A DNA stretch of 64,000 bases from an uncultured delta proteobacterium (GTDB lineage Bacteria; Desulfobacterota; Binatia; Binatales; Binataceae). The position numbers and the translations under genes were made by a program. Of the stretch, positions 9,942 to 20,781 are shown in pieces (the first letter of the stretch is position 1; every line of letters starts with the position of its first letter). The notes below the pieces were generated by a model that saw nothing but the letters and a program-made list of their open reading frames with translations, was not told where the DNA came from and searched no databases. Location of the stretch: assembly GCA_963842085.1 (NCBI GenBank), contig CAWJET010000001.1, positions 2,400,001 through 2,464,000 of the forward strand, given 5' to 3'.

Positions 9942-11070
9942 CTAGCTCGGTACGGTGTCGGCGTCGCCTTTGCGCACGCCCATCAGGTAGGCCTGGATAA
10001 ACTCGTCGATAGCGCCGTCGAGCACCGCGCCGGTGTTGCCAACCTCGACGCCGGTGCGATGGTCCTTGACCATCTGATACGGCTGCAGCACGTACGAGCG
10101 AATTTGGCTGCCCCAGGCGATATCTTTTTTGTCCTTGCTGAACTTCTCGAGCTCTTCTTTTTTCTTGCGCTGCTCGAGCTCGAACAGCCGCGCGCGCAAG
10201 ATCTTCATCGCCATCGCGCGGTTCTTGTGCTGCGAGCGTTCATTCTGACAGGTCACGACGATGCCGGTCGGGATATGCGTGAAGCGCACGGCCGAGTCGG
10301 TCTTGTTGACGTGCTGCCCGCCCGCCCCCGACGCGCGGAACGTATCGATTCTCAAATCGGCGGGATTGATGGTTATCTCGACCTTGTCGTCAACCGCCGG
10401 AAACACGAAGACCGACGCGAACGACGTATGACGCCGAGCATTCGAGTCATACGGCGAGATTCGCACCAGCCGATGTATCCCGGCCTCGGCCTTCAGGTAC
10501 CCGTACGCGAAATCGCCCTCGACCGTGACAGTTGCGCTCTTGATTCCCGCGCCGTCGCCCGGCTGCAGGTCCGCAATCTCGGTCTTGAAGCCGCGCCGCT
10601 CGGCCCATCGCAGATAGAGGCGTAGCAGCATCTCGGCCCAGTCCTGCGCCTCCATTCCGCCGGCGCCGGGATGTATCGAAACGATCGCGCCGAGGCGATC
10701 GTACTCGCCGCTGAGCATCAGGCGCAGTTCCTGGCGCTCGAGCTCGGCGCGCGACGCCTCCAGCGCGGCCGCGGTCTCACGCGCAGCTTCGGAATCGTCG
10801 GCGCCTTCTTCTTCGGCCATCTGCAGGAACACGCGCGCCTCGTCAAGCTTGTCGCGCAGCATCTTGTAGCCCGCGAGCTGAGCGCGAATCTGTTCCTGCT
10901 CCTTGAGCGCGGCCTGCGCGGTTTCCTGGCGATCCCAGAAGTCGGGCTTGGCGGATTGTTCGACGAGTTGGTTCTGGCGGGCGGTCAGTGCGGGGACGTC
11001 AAAGACGCCTCCCGAGCTTTTCGGCGCGGTCATCAAACTCGGAAAGCTGCTGTTTCATGTCGCTGAGCAT
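9942..11070 (-). CDS. prfB: peptide chain release factor 2, with programmed +1 frameshift
   Basis: First segment from ATG 11070 reads [23 protein letters not shown] then CTT TGA C; the shifted frame carries [11 protein letters not shown] and WGSQIRSY. Confidence 0.97.
10998..11013 (-). promoter_or_regulatory. RF2 autoregulatory frameshift site with internal SD
   Basis: Minus strand GGGAGG-CGT-CTT-TGA-C, the canonical prfB slippery site. Confidence 0.95.
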
Positions 11071-11139
11071 CAGGAGTCACACCTCACACCGGCATTCGCC
11101 GGCGACGTCCGGTAATTATGTCACGAAGCAGCATGCGGA

Positions 11140-12759
11140 TTAATGGGGGCGGCCGTTGGCCGGCAACCGGCGCGAGCGAACCGCCGCAACTTCAACCGGC
11201 GCCGAGCGCGGCCACTGCCACGCGAGGATCAGGCCAATCGCCGTCAGCGCGAAGCAAATCTCCGCGAACAAATCGCCCACGATCGTGTACAGCGTCCGCA
11301 CCGGCCGCCACGACACGTCCACGAGCACCGTGTCCCGCTTGAACAGCGGCGTGCGATGCGTGATTTGTCCCGACGGCTGGATCAACGTGCTGATTCCCGT
11401 ATTCGCCACCCGCACCATCGGGACTTTCGTCTCGACCGAGCGCATCGCCGCCATCGCGAGCACCTGGTAGGGCGCCGAACTCTCGCCGTACCAGGCGTCG
11501 TTGGTGATGTTCACGAGCACGTCGGCGCCCTCGTTCACTTCGCGCCGGGTGAGATCGGGGAAGATACTTTCGTAGCAGATCAAGATTCCGAGCTTCGCGC
11601 CTTTGACGTTGAACAGCGTCTGCTCTTTGCCGGGAATCATATCGCCGAAGCCCTGCACGATACGGTTGACGAAGTAGCCGAGGATCGAGCGTGCCGGAAC
11701 GTACTCGCCGAATGGCACCAGCTCGATCTTGTCGTAATGCGCCTCCACTTCGCCCTCGGCGGAGACGAGATACGCCCGGTTGTAGAATCCCAGGAGTCCA
11801 TCCTCGCGTCCCAGCGCCGGCGCGCCGAACAACAGCGGCTCGCCGATATTGTGCGCCAGCGTGAGCAGCGCGGCGCGATAGGCGGCGTCAGTTGCCAGCG
11901 CGGCGGGATATTGATCGTCGGGCTGGAACAGGAAGGCCGCCGCCGCCTCCGGCCAGACGACCAGGTCGGCGCCGCGCTTCGCCGCGTCCACGGTTTCGTC
12001 CTGGTAAACCTTGTAACTCTGCGGCAGGAAATTCGGATCCCACTTGAGCGATTGCGGAATGTTGCCCTGCACCATCGCGACCTTGAAGCTGCCCGCGCTC
12101 GGCGCATTCTTGAGATTGTTGATTCGCCACGCGCCAAACGCGACCAGCGCGATCATCATCGCGGTGAGTGCGCTCAGGCTGACTGTCTGCAGGCGATAAC
12201 CGCCGCGGCGGGAAATCACGACGTACACCACCGCGTTGAAAAACACTATCAGCGCCGAAACGCCGTAAACGCCGGTGAACTCGGCGAACTGGATCAATTC
12301 CAGATTGCGGTACGCCGTGTAGCCGAGCAGATTCCACGGGAAACCGATCGGGAAGTAGGTGCGAATCCATTCGAGTGCGGTCCACGCGACCGGCATCGTG
12401 AGCACGGCCGGAATTCGCGTCCGCCGCGCGGCGAATTCACCCGCCCAAATCGCAACCGCCGTGTTAACCGCGACGATACCCGCCAGCAGCAGCATCGGGA
12501 AGATCGCGAGACTCATTCGCACGTCGGCGAAGTCGTGCAGCGGAATCGGAATCCAGTAGAGCTCGACGACGTTCGCGGCGAAGCCTTGCAGGTAGGCCCA
12601 CCCGAACACGCGCCGCATGCTTTCGCCTTCGATCACGTAGAACAGCGGCACGAACGCGACCCACGCCAGCAGTCCGTAATCGAATTTCGGAAATGCCAGC
12701 CCCAGCGCAAGGCCGCTGGCTACGGCGAGCGCCGCGCGCGATGCGTTGTTCGACGACAT
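11140..12759 (-). CDS. lnt: apolipoprotein N-acyltransferase
   Basis: GFPW, QGNIPQ, WPE, YDKIELVPFGEY, ICYE, TNDAWYG, ANTGIS. Confidence 0.96.
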   Translation of the reverse strand: MSSNNASRAALAVASGLALGLAFPKFDYGLLAWVAFVPLFYVIEGESMRRVFGWAYLQGFAANVVELYWIPIPLHDFADVRMSLAIFPMLLLAGIVAVNTAVAIWAGEFAARRTRIPAVLTMPVAWTALEWIRTYFPIGFPWNLLGYTAYRNLELIQFAEFTGVYGVSALIVFFNAVVYVVISRRGGYRLQTVSLSALTAMMIALVAFGAWRINNLKNAPSAGSFKVAMVQGNIPQSLKWDPNFLPQSYKVYQDETVDAAKRGADLVVWPEAAAAFLFQPDDQYPAALATDAAYRAALLTLAHNIGEPLLFGAPALGREDGLLGFYNRAYLVSAEGEVEAHYDKIELVPFGEYVPARSILGYFVNRIVQGFGDMIPGKEQTLFNVKGAKLGILICYESIFPDLTRREVNEGADVLVNITNDAWYGESSAPYQVLAMAAMRSVETKVPMVRVANTGISTLIQPSGQITHRTPLFKRDTVLVDVSWRPVRTLYTIVGDLFAEICFALTAIGLILAWQWPRSAPVEVAAVRSRRLPANGRPH

Positions 12760-12761
12760 CG

Positions 12762-13316
12762 TCAGGCGGCGGCGCCAAACATCTCGGCGATCGGAATCAC
12801 GCCGGCGCACGGCGGCAGGCCATTGAAGCGCTCGAAAATCTCGTCCACATCCTTCCAGCTTTCGACCAGCGCGGCCGCCAGCGGAGGCTCGAATGGGAGG
12901 TCGCCCACCGTGCGCCATTCGCGCTCGAAGCTCCAGTCGACCGGCGGAGTCTTGTCGATTTCAAGAGACACCACACGCCAACTCTCTTCCGGCGCGAGGA
13001 TTTTTTCCGCCTCGCGCCATGGCAGGTAAATCACAGGCCGCGCACCCATCGTGAAAGCATACCGCTTGTCGACCGCGATCCCGAATGGTTCATAGCGGCG
13101 GCGATTGCGCCGGTTGAGGATCGTGCGAAGTTCCGCGATCGGCACGTCGAACATGCAAACCGCAGGGCGCGCGCCGCGGACCATCCGGCTGCCGCCGCGA
13201 ATCACGCCATCCCTGAGAATCGCCACCAGGTTGTCCAGCGCAGTGGCGGAGCCCGAGGCGCGCGTGAAATGCGTCAGCATCGCGACGGCGGGAATCCTGG
13301 CGGGCGCGCGTTTCAT
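12762..13316 (-). CDS. AbiGi/DUF2743-like protein (putative ART-like fold)
   Basis: LTHFT...IL.DG...VCMFDVP...YEPFGIAVDK...PVIY...EREWR pattern; ATGA-coupled to ybeY. Confidence 0.65.
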   Translation of the reverse strand: MKRAPARIPAVAMLTHFTRASGSATALDNLVAILRDGVIRGGSRMVRGARPAVCMFDVPIAELRTILNRRNRRRYEPFGIAVDKRYAFTMGARPVIYLPWREAEKILAPEESWRVVSLEIDKTPPVDWSFEREWRTVGDLPFEPPLAAALVESWKDVDEIFERFNGLPPCAGVIPIAEMFGAAA

Positions 13317-13800
13317 CGCGACGATACTCGCCTTTCATCGAGCTTCGCTGCCAGCGTTCGCTCGCGCGCAAACATTCGCCGCGCGTCGGAGGCCGAGCGT
13401 TCGTGGTCGTAGCCGATCAGATGCAGAAAGCCGTGAATCAGGAGCCGGCGCAGTCGCGACGACGGGCTCACGCGCAATTCGCGCGCCTGCCGGATTGCGC
13501 TGTCGATCGAGATCACCACGTCGCCGACCGGAAGTCCCGGACTATTCTTCACACTGCGAGGGTCCAATGGCGCGGCGCCGGCTTGCTCGATTTGCGAGAA
13601 GGAAAGAACGTCGGTGGGCGCGTCGATTCCCCGGAAGTCGCGATTCAGCCGGCGCATCGCGCGATCTGTCGTGAGCGTGAGCGACAATTCGCACTCCGCC
13701 AGACCCGCCGCGCGCATCAGCCGGTCCGCATCAGCGCAAAGCCCGCGCGCGTAGCCACGGCCGCGCGCCGTCGCGCATCGGAACTCGACCGCCACGCGCT

Positions 13801-13804
<4 letters not shown>
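13313..13804 (-). CDS. ybeY: rRNA maturation endoribonuclease
   Basis: LNRDFR, PTDVLSF, HGFLHLIGYDH. Confidence 0.95.
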
Positions 13805-14814
<1,010 letters not shown>

Positions 14815-14931
14815 CGCCGGGGCCTCTTGAGGTACTGATTTCGTGTCCGTCGCCCGCCGGCCAGCAGTCGTTCAATCACCGGCGACGCTAATCGTAATCA
14901 TTTCGCCGGGCGTATGAAAGTGCCCGAAAAG

Positions 14932-17592
14932 CTAGTGCACCAGAGACGCGACTTTGGACAGGGCTTCGTCGAGCTTCGAGGCGTCGCGGCCGCCGGCCTG
15001 GGCCAGGTCGGGGCGGCCGCCGCCGGTGCCGCCGACGATCGGCGCGATATTCTTGATGATGTCGCCGGCTTTGATTTGCGCCGTCAGGTCAGGCGTCACT
15101 GCGACCAGCAGCGCGACCTTGCCGTCGCCGAGGTCGGAGCCGAGAGCGACCACGGCAGAGCCGTGCTTCTGGCGCATCCGATCCGCCATCTCGCGCATGG
15201 TGCGCGGATCGACGCCGTCGAGCTTGCGCGTCACGATCTTTACGCCGCCGGCCTCGCGCACTTGTTCCTCGGCCGCCGCGCCGCCGGCGCCTGCGGCGAG
15301 CTTTTGTTCCATCGCGCGCAGCTTCTTCTCCAGCTCTTTTTCGCGCGCTAGCAGTTTTTCCAGCCGCTCGACTGCGGCGCCGTCGCGCGCGCCGAGCTGC
15401 GCGCCAATCTCTTCGAGGATTCTCTCGCGCTTGCGAATCGTTTCGAGCGCGCCTTGTCCCGTCACCGCTTCGATTCTCCTCACTCCCGCAGCGACTCCCG
15501 ATTCCGCTTCGAGTTTGAACATCCCGACGTCGCCGGTACGCGAGATGTGCGTGCCGCCGCATAGCTCGACCGAAAAATCGCCCATCCTGACGACGCGTAC
15601 GCGGTCGCCGTACTTGTCGCCGAAAAATGCGAGCGCGCCGGCCTTGATCGCGTCGTCGTAGGCCATTTCCTCGACCGTCACTTCGGCGTTCTCCCGGATG
15701 CGCGCGTTGATCTCTTCCTCGATGGTCGCCAGCGCGTCGTCCTTGACCGGCCCCTGATGCGCGAAGTCGAAGCGCAGCTTGTCGGGATCGACCAGCGAGC
15801 CCGCCTGATGCACCGAACTACCCAGCACGTCGCGCAATGCGTAGTGCAGGATGTGTGTCGCGGAATGATTGAGCATCGCGGCGTCGCGCCTGAGACGGTC
15901 AATTTTGAGTTTGACGCGCGCGCCGCGTGCGAAGTCGCCGGCCTCGCCACGCAGAATTCGCCCCAGGTGAACGATAGAGCCTTCAGCCTTGCGCGTGTCC
16001 GACACTTCGAGAATCGCGCCCGACGCGGTCTCGATCACGCCGCGATCGCCGACCTGCCCGCCGCCCTCGGGATAGAAGGGAGTCTCCGCGACGACGACCG
16101 CTACGTGCTCGGCGTCCTTGCCGCCGGCCGCGAGCACTTCGGACTCGCCCTCGTAGCGGTGATAGCCGACGAAGCGCGAGGCAGTCCCGGTGCCGAGGCT
16201 GATCTCCGGTGCGACGGCGTCATCTTTGCGGGCAGCGCGTCCGCGCTCCTTCTGCTCGTCCATCAGCCGGTTGAAGCCGGCGACATCGACCGTGAAACCG
16301 TCCTCGCGAAGAATGTCCTCCGTTAGGTCAAGTGGGAAGCCGTAGGTGTCGTAGAGCTTGAAGGCTGCTTCAGCGGAAAGCGCATGATGCCCAAGAACTC
16401 GCAACTGCTTACGCGCGCCGTCCAGCAACGAAAGCCCACGGTCAAGCGTCTCCGAGAATCGTCGCTCTTCCAGATCGACCTGTTCGCCGATCCTGATACC
16501 CTCTATACGGAGCTCTGGGTAAAAAGAACCCATGGTTTCGACGACTCGGCCGCATACACCCTCCAAGAAGGGCTCGTGAATTCCCAATCGGCGTCCGTGT
16601 CGGACAGCGCGACGGATTATTCTCCGCAGCACGTATTCGCGATCCGTATTGCCGGGAACAATACCCTCGGCAAGCAAAAAACTTATTGCGCGAGCGTGGT
16701 CCGCTATAGCTCGGAAAGAAACGTCGGTGTCGGCGCTTTGCCCATATCGTGCGCGATTGCCAACAACTCGCGCGGCTTCCTGGATATTAGAGATAATGTC
16801 CCGGAACAGATCAATTTCGTAGTTGCCGAGGATCCTGCCTGTCTCGATGCTCTGCAGGGCCGCCGCAATGCGCTCGAGCCCTGAGCCGGTATCGACGTGC
16901 TTCTTCGGCAGCGGAGTCAGCGCGCCCGACGCGTCGCGGTTGTACTGGATGAAAACCAGGTTGGCGATCTCGATGAAGCGCTCGCATCCGTCGACGTTCA
17001 CAAAACATTTCTGCCCCGGATGATTTCTTTCAGGCTGGCATGCGGCTTCGCCGCGGTCGATGCTGATTTCCGAGTTCGGGCCGCTCGGCCCCGTCTCGGC
17101 CATCTCCCAGAAATTATCCTTGTCGCCGAATTGCAGAATCCGCTCGCGCGGCAGCACTCCCATCTTCAGCCAGATGTCCTCGGACTCCTTGTCGTCCTTG
17201 TGGACCGTCGCGTAGAGCAGCTTTGGATCGATTTCCCAGACCTTGGTGATCAGCTCCCAATGCCACCGAATCGCTTCTTCCTTGTAATAGTCGCCAAAAG
17301 ACCAGTTGCCGAGCATCTCGAAAAAAGTGTGATGGTAAGTGTCGCGGCCGACCGCTTCGAGATCGTTATGCTTGCCCGATATGCGCAGGCATTTCTGACA
17401 ATCTGCGACGCGCACGTGCTGAGGAGAGCGCACGCCCAGGAAATAATCCTTGAACTGCACCATCCCGGCGTTGGTGAAGAGGAGCGTGGGGTCGCCCTTG
17501 GGAATCAGCGGCGCCGACGGCACGATCGTATGACCGCGCTCGGCGAAGAAATCGAGAAACGATTGGCGGATTTTTGCAGTAGTCCAGCGCAT
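14932..17592 (-). CDS. alaS: alanine--tRNA ligase
   Basis: DPTLLFTNAGM, HHTFFEMLGN, YDTYGFP, HSATH, ELCGGTH, GGGRPDLAQAGG. Confidence 0.98.
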   Translation of the reverse strand: MRWTTAKIRQSFLDFFAERGHTIVPSAPLIPKGDPTLLFTNAGMVQFKDYFLGVRSPQHVRVADCQKCLRISGKHNDLEAVGRDTYHHTFFEMLGNWSFGDYYKEEAIRWHWELITKVWEIDPKLLYATVHKDDKESEDIWLKMGVLPRERILQFGDKDNFWEMAETGPSGPNSEISIDRGEAACQPERNHPGQKCFVNVDGCERFIEIANLVFIQYNRDASGALTPLPKKHVDTGSGLERIAAALQSIETGRILGNYEIDLFRDIISNIQEAARVVGNRARYGQSADTDVSFRAIADHARAISFLLAEGIVPGNTDREYVLRRIIRRAVRHGRRLGIHEPFLEGVCGRVVETMGSFYPELRIEGIRIGEQVDLEERRFSETLDRGLSLLDGARKQLRVLGHHALSAEAAFKLYDTYGFPLDLTEDILREDGFTVDVAGFNRLMDEQKERGRAARKDDAVAPEISLGTGTASRFVGYHRYEGESEVLAAGGKDAEHVAVVVAETPFYPEGGGQVGDRGVIETASGAILEVSDTRKAEGSIVHLGRILRGEAGDFARGARVKLKIDRLRRDAAMLNHSATHILHYALRDVLGSSVHQAGSLVDPDKLRFDFAHQGPVKDDALATIEEEINARIRENAEVTVEEMAYDDAIKAGALAFFGDKYGDRVRVVRMGDFSVELCGGTHISRTGDVGMFKLEAESGVAAGVRRIEAVTGQGALETIRKRERILEEIGAQLGARDGAAVERLEKLLAREKELEKKLRAMEQKLAAGAGGAAAEEQVREAGGVKIVTRKLDGVDPRTMREMADRMRQKHGSAVVALGSDLGDGKVALLVAVTPDLTAQIKAGDIIKNIAPIVGGTGGGRPDLAQAGGRDASKLDEALSKVASLVH

Positions 17593-17601
17593 CAAGATCT
17601 G

Positions 17602-17631
17602 ATTGTAGCCGGGGAAGGGTAAATCACTCAA
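17602..17631 (-). promoter_or_regulatory. putative sigma70 promoter of alaS (near-leaderless transcript)
   Basis: TTGAGT-N18-TACAAT ends 9 nt before the ATG; no SD visible. Confidence 0.5.
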
Positions 17632-17637
17632 TTGAAC

Positions 17638-17710
17638 GCGGAACCCAGTGTGGGTTCCGCACCTCCTTGGGCGGGGGTGATCACCCCCTGCGCGTCCCCT
17701 GCACCCGGTG
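17638..17710 (+). repeat. palindromic repeat family B, copy 1 (long form)
   Basis: GCGGAACCCA-gtg-TGGGTTCCGC, linker ACCTCCTTGG, GCGGGGGTGATCACCCCCTGCGCGTCCCCTGCACCCGGTG. Confidence 0.85.
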
Positions 17711-17772
17711 GAGCAGGGTTTGGCCTGCGGGGAGCGGTTGGCCCAACGCTAAGCGTCGGACAAACTGGATGG

Positions 17773-18753
17773 ATGGACATCACTATCGACGCGCCCACCG
17801 GCACCCGGGAGAAGTTCTCCTTCACCGATTTTTTTCTTTCTCATAAAGGCGATCTGACGCTCGCTTTTTCGGCCTTGGTGTATCTCGTGAGCCTCGCCGC
17901 CCTGATGTTCACGCGTTGGCGGAGCTCGTCCGAGATTGCGGTCTCGATGGCGGAGGCGGCGCTGATCGGCGGCCTGTGCGATTACATCGCGCTCAAGATG
18001 ATCTTCGAGCGGCGATGGTACCTGCCCAACTCCGGCGTGCTGCCGCGCAATCGGGTCAAGCTGATCGACGGAATCGCCGCCACGATAGAGAACGAATGGC
18101 TCACGCCTCAGATGATCGGGCGCAAGCTCGGCGAGATGGATCTCGTCGGACGCCTCGGCACGTATCTGCAGGAGCTGAAGTTGAACGATGTGCTGGGGCA
18201 GGCCGGGCTCGAGCGAATAATCAGCCAGGCCATCGATTACCTCGATTCACCCGAGAAACGCGAGCGCCTTGAAAAAGTCCTCAAGCGGATGCTGCCGAAG
18301 ACGGTCACGCGAATCTACGCGGTGATGAGCCGGTTCGGCGCGGAGTCGATCGGCGCGCGGATCGCGGCTAACTTGCGCAAGCGGCTGCCCGAGCTGCAGA
18401 ACGATCCCGAGCTGCGTGACACGATCGAAAGCGCGATTCACGAGTTCGGGGCTCAACTTCACGATCCCGAGAGCTACGCGAATCAATTTGCGCAGCGATT
18501 GATAGACAACCTGGTGCGCAGGACGGTCGAAGCAAGCCGCGGGCAGATCACGCAGATGGTGCGGGAGAACCTGGCGCGGCTGTCCGACGATCAGATCAGG
18601 ATTCAGATTGAATCGAAGACGCGCACGCATCTGGACTGGATTCGCGTCAACGGCGGCCTGTTCGGCGCGTTCTTCGGCCTGCTGTTCGCGCTATCGCGAA
18701 TCCTGTCGCACAACGGCCCCGCAATCCTCGCGCATTTTCACATCGCGATGTGA
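17773..18753 (+). CDS. DUF445-family membrane protein
   Basis: AEAALIGGLCDYIAL, GVLPRNR, HLDWIRVNGGLFG. Confidence 0.85.
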   Translation: MDITIDAPTGTREKFSFTDFFLSHKGDLTLAFSALVYLVSLAALMFTRWRSSSEIAVSMAEAALIGGLCDYIALKMIFERRWYLPNSGVLPRNRVKLIDGIAATIENEWLTPQMIGRKLGEMDLVGRLGTYLQELKLNDVLGQAGLERIISQAIDYLDSPEKRERLEKVLKRMLPKTVTRIYAVMSRFGAESIGARIAANLRKRLPELQNDPELRDTIESAIHEFGAQLHDPESYANQFAQRLIDNLVRRTVEASRGQITQMVRENLARLSDDQIRIQIESKTRTHLDWIRVNGGLFGAFFGLLFALSRILSHNGPAILAHFHIAM

Positions 18754-18768
18754 GCGGAACTAATCGTA

Positions 18769-18832
18769 GTGAAACCCCACCTGGGTTTCACACTTCCTTG
18801 GGCAGGGGTGACCCCTGCACCCGGTGTTAAAA
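18769..18832 (+). repeat. palindromic repeat family B, copy 2 (short form)
   Basis: GTGAAACCC-cacct-GGGTTTCAC, ACTTCCTTGG, GCAGGGG-TGA-CCCCTGCACCCGGTGTTAAAA. Confidence 0.85.
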
Positions 18833-18886
18833 GAAAGATGCCGGACTTCGTCCCTGTTAGAACTTATTGCGGGATGTCGTCAGACG

Positions 18887-19957
18887 TCAGCCTTTTTTCT
18901 TTGGCGATTGCGCCGGCGGCTGTTCCGGCTCCTCGATTGCCGCGTCGGCCGGCAGCGCGACCGGCCTGGCCGCGAGCTTCTCACGCACCTTGGTTTCGAT
19001 CTCGTCGGCCAGCTTCGGATTCGCCTTGAGCAAGTCGCGCGCGTTCTCTCGTCCCTGCCCGATCCGCTCGCCGTTGTACGAGTACCAGGCGCCAAGCTTC
19101 TCGATGATACCGTGCTCGCTCGCCAGATCGACCAGCTCGCCTTCCTTCGAGATCCCGGTGCCGTACAGGATGTCGAACTCGGCCTCGCGAAACGGCGGCG
19201 CGACCTTGTTCTTCACCACTTTGACCTTGGTGCGGGAGCCGATCACCTCGGTCGCGTTCTTGATCGTGCCGATGCGCCGGATGTCGATTCGCACCGACGA
19301 ATAAAACTTCAGCGCGTTACCGCCGGTGGTCGTTTCCGGATTCCCGAACATCACGCCAATCTTCATCCGGATCTGGTTGATGAAGATCACGATGGTGCGC
19401 GAGCGTGAGATGATCGACGTCAGCTTGCGCAGCGCCTGCGACATCAGGCGCGCCTGCAGGCCCATCTGCGGCTCGCCCATCTCGCCTTCGATTTCCGCGC
19501 GCGGCACCAGCGCCGCCACCGAGTCGATGACCAGCACGTCGATTGCGCCCGACTGCACCAGAGTCTCCGTGATCTCGAGTGCCTGCTCGCCGTTGTCCGG
19601 CTGCGAGATGAGCAGGTCCTCGACCTTGACGCCGAGCTTGCGCGCGTAGGCGGCGTCGAGCGCGTGTTCCGCGTCGATAAAGGCGCACGTGCCGCCCATC
19701 TTCTGCGCTTCCGCGATAACTTCCAGCGCCAGCGTCGTCTTGCCCGACGATTCCGGGCCGTAGATTTCGACCACGCGCCCGCGCGGCAATCCGCCCACGC
19801 CCAGCGCGATGTCGAGTCCGAGCGAGCCGGTCGGCACGACAGCGATATCGGCCGAAATCGCCTGCTCGCCGAGCTTCATGATCGAGCCCTTGCCGAACTG
19901 TTTCTCGATTTGGCTGAGCGCCAGGTCGAGCGCCTTACTTTTGATCTCTATCGCCAT
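18887..19957 (-). CDS. recA: recombinase A
   Basis: [40 protein letters not shown]. Confidence 0.99.
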   Translation of the reverse strand: MAIEIKSKALDLALSQIEKQFGKGSIMKLGEQAISADIAVVPTGSLGLDIALGVGGLPRGRVVEIYGPESSGKTTLALEVIAEAQKMGGTCAFIDAEHALDAAYARKLGVKVEDLLISQPDNGEQALEITETLVQSGAIDVLVIDSVAALVPRAEIEGEMGEPQMGLQARLMSQALRKLTSIISRSRTIVIFINQIRMKIGVMFGNPETTTGGNALKFYSSVRIDIRRIGTIKNATEVIGSRTKVKVVKNKVAPPFREAEFDILYGTGISKEGELVDLASEHGIIEKLGAWYSYNGERIGQGRENARDLLKANPKLADEIETKVREKLAARPVALPADAAIEEPEQPPAQSPKKKG

Positions 19958-20111
19958 CGCTTGTGCTCACATGAGATTTGTTAATCGCGGTGCGAATCTT
20001 GCCACAAACTCGCCTCGATAGCTCTATCCGCGCCGGGGCTCGTGTCCACAGGGCTGTTGAGAAGACGCACGGGTGTTACGAAAAGAACAAAAAGACGGCG
20101 CTGCCGCAGTG

Positions 20112-20753
20112 CTAGCGCGACTGGAATAGAAATGTCGCGAGCGCTTCGTAGCTGGCGCCGTCGGGCCCGAGATGGCTGCGATAGAGCGTGATCGATTCGA
20201 TCTTCGAGACGCCGAACTCGCGGTCCCGCGCCGCATGCAACGCCTCGCGAGTTTTGCCCGCAATCGGCTTGTCGTTAAGCCGTCCGATAGTCAGATGCCC
20301 GCTCCAGCGCCGCTTCTCGCGCTCGAATCCGTAGTCTGCCGCTACAGTCTCCAATCGCGCGGCCAGCGCGGCGAGCACGCCTGATTCGACACTGTGCAAT
20401 CCCACCCAAATCGCGCGCGGATGCTCGAGGCCGGGAAATGCGCCGACTCCCGCGGCCGCGACCTCGAACGGCGCGGTCTTCATCGCGAGCTGACGAAGCC
20501 CTGCGGTGAGCCGCTGCAGTCGATGCGAATCCACGGCCGGCCCAAGAAACTTGAGCGTGATATGCAGATTTGCCCGCGGTACCCATCGCACGCCGTCTCC
20601 CGGATGCCGCAACTCGTCGAGGGTCTTCGCCACCGACTCCTCGACCTGCTCGCTCATCCGGATTGCGACGAACGCGCGCACTCCTTTGGCTTCGCGATCT
20701 CCGAGGTCGTCGCGCGGGTCCGTTCGTGCCTGACTTTCCGCCCAATGTGTCAT
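20112..20753 (-). CDS. thpR: RNA 2',3'-cyclic phosphodiesterase (2H family)
   Basis: RAFVAI, HITLKF and HLTIGR (two HxT motifs); sits upstream of recA. Start uncertain. Confidence 0.9.
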   Translation of the reverse strand: MTHWAESQARTDPRDDLGDREAKGVRAFVAIRMSEQVEESVAKTLDELRHPGDGVRWVPRANLHITLKFLGPAVDSHRLQRLTAGLRQLAMKTAPFEVAAAGVGAFPGLEHPRAIWVGLHSVESGVLAALAARLETVAADYGFEREKRRWSGHLTIGRLNDKPIAGKTREALHAARDREFGVSKIESITLYRSHLGPDGASYEALATFLFQSR

Positions 20754-20781
20754 CGACCGTGATTGAACCGCTGCGCCCTGA

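Noticed and set aside
16321-16800. Classical DGR variable repeat or intein in alaS
   Set aside because: No reverse transcriptase or template repeat in the window, third positions use all four bases, and there is no length insertion.
17593-17770. T-box or attenuator upstream of alaS (and cysS)
   Set aside because: No T-box consensus; the hairpins belong to repeat family B and the alaS promoter candidate lies between them and the ATG.
19958-20111. LexA box upstream of recA
   Set aside because: No CTGT-N8-ACAG, GAAC-N4-GTTC or GTTC-N7-GTTC match found by eye.
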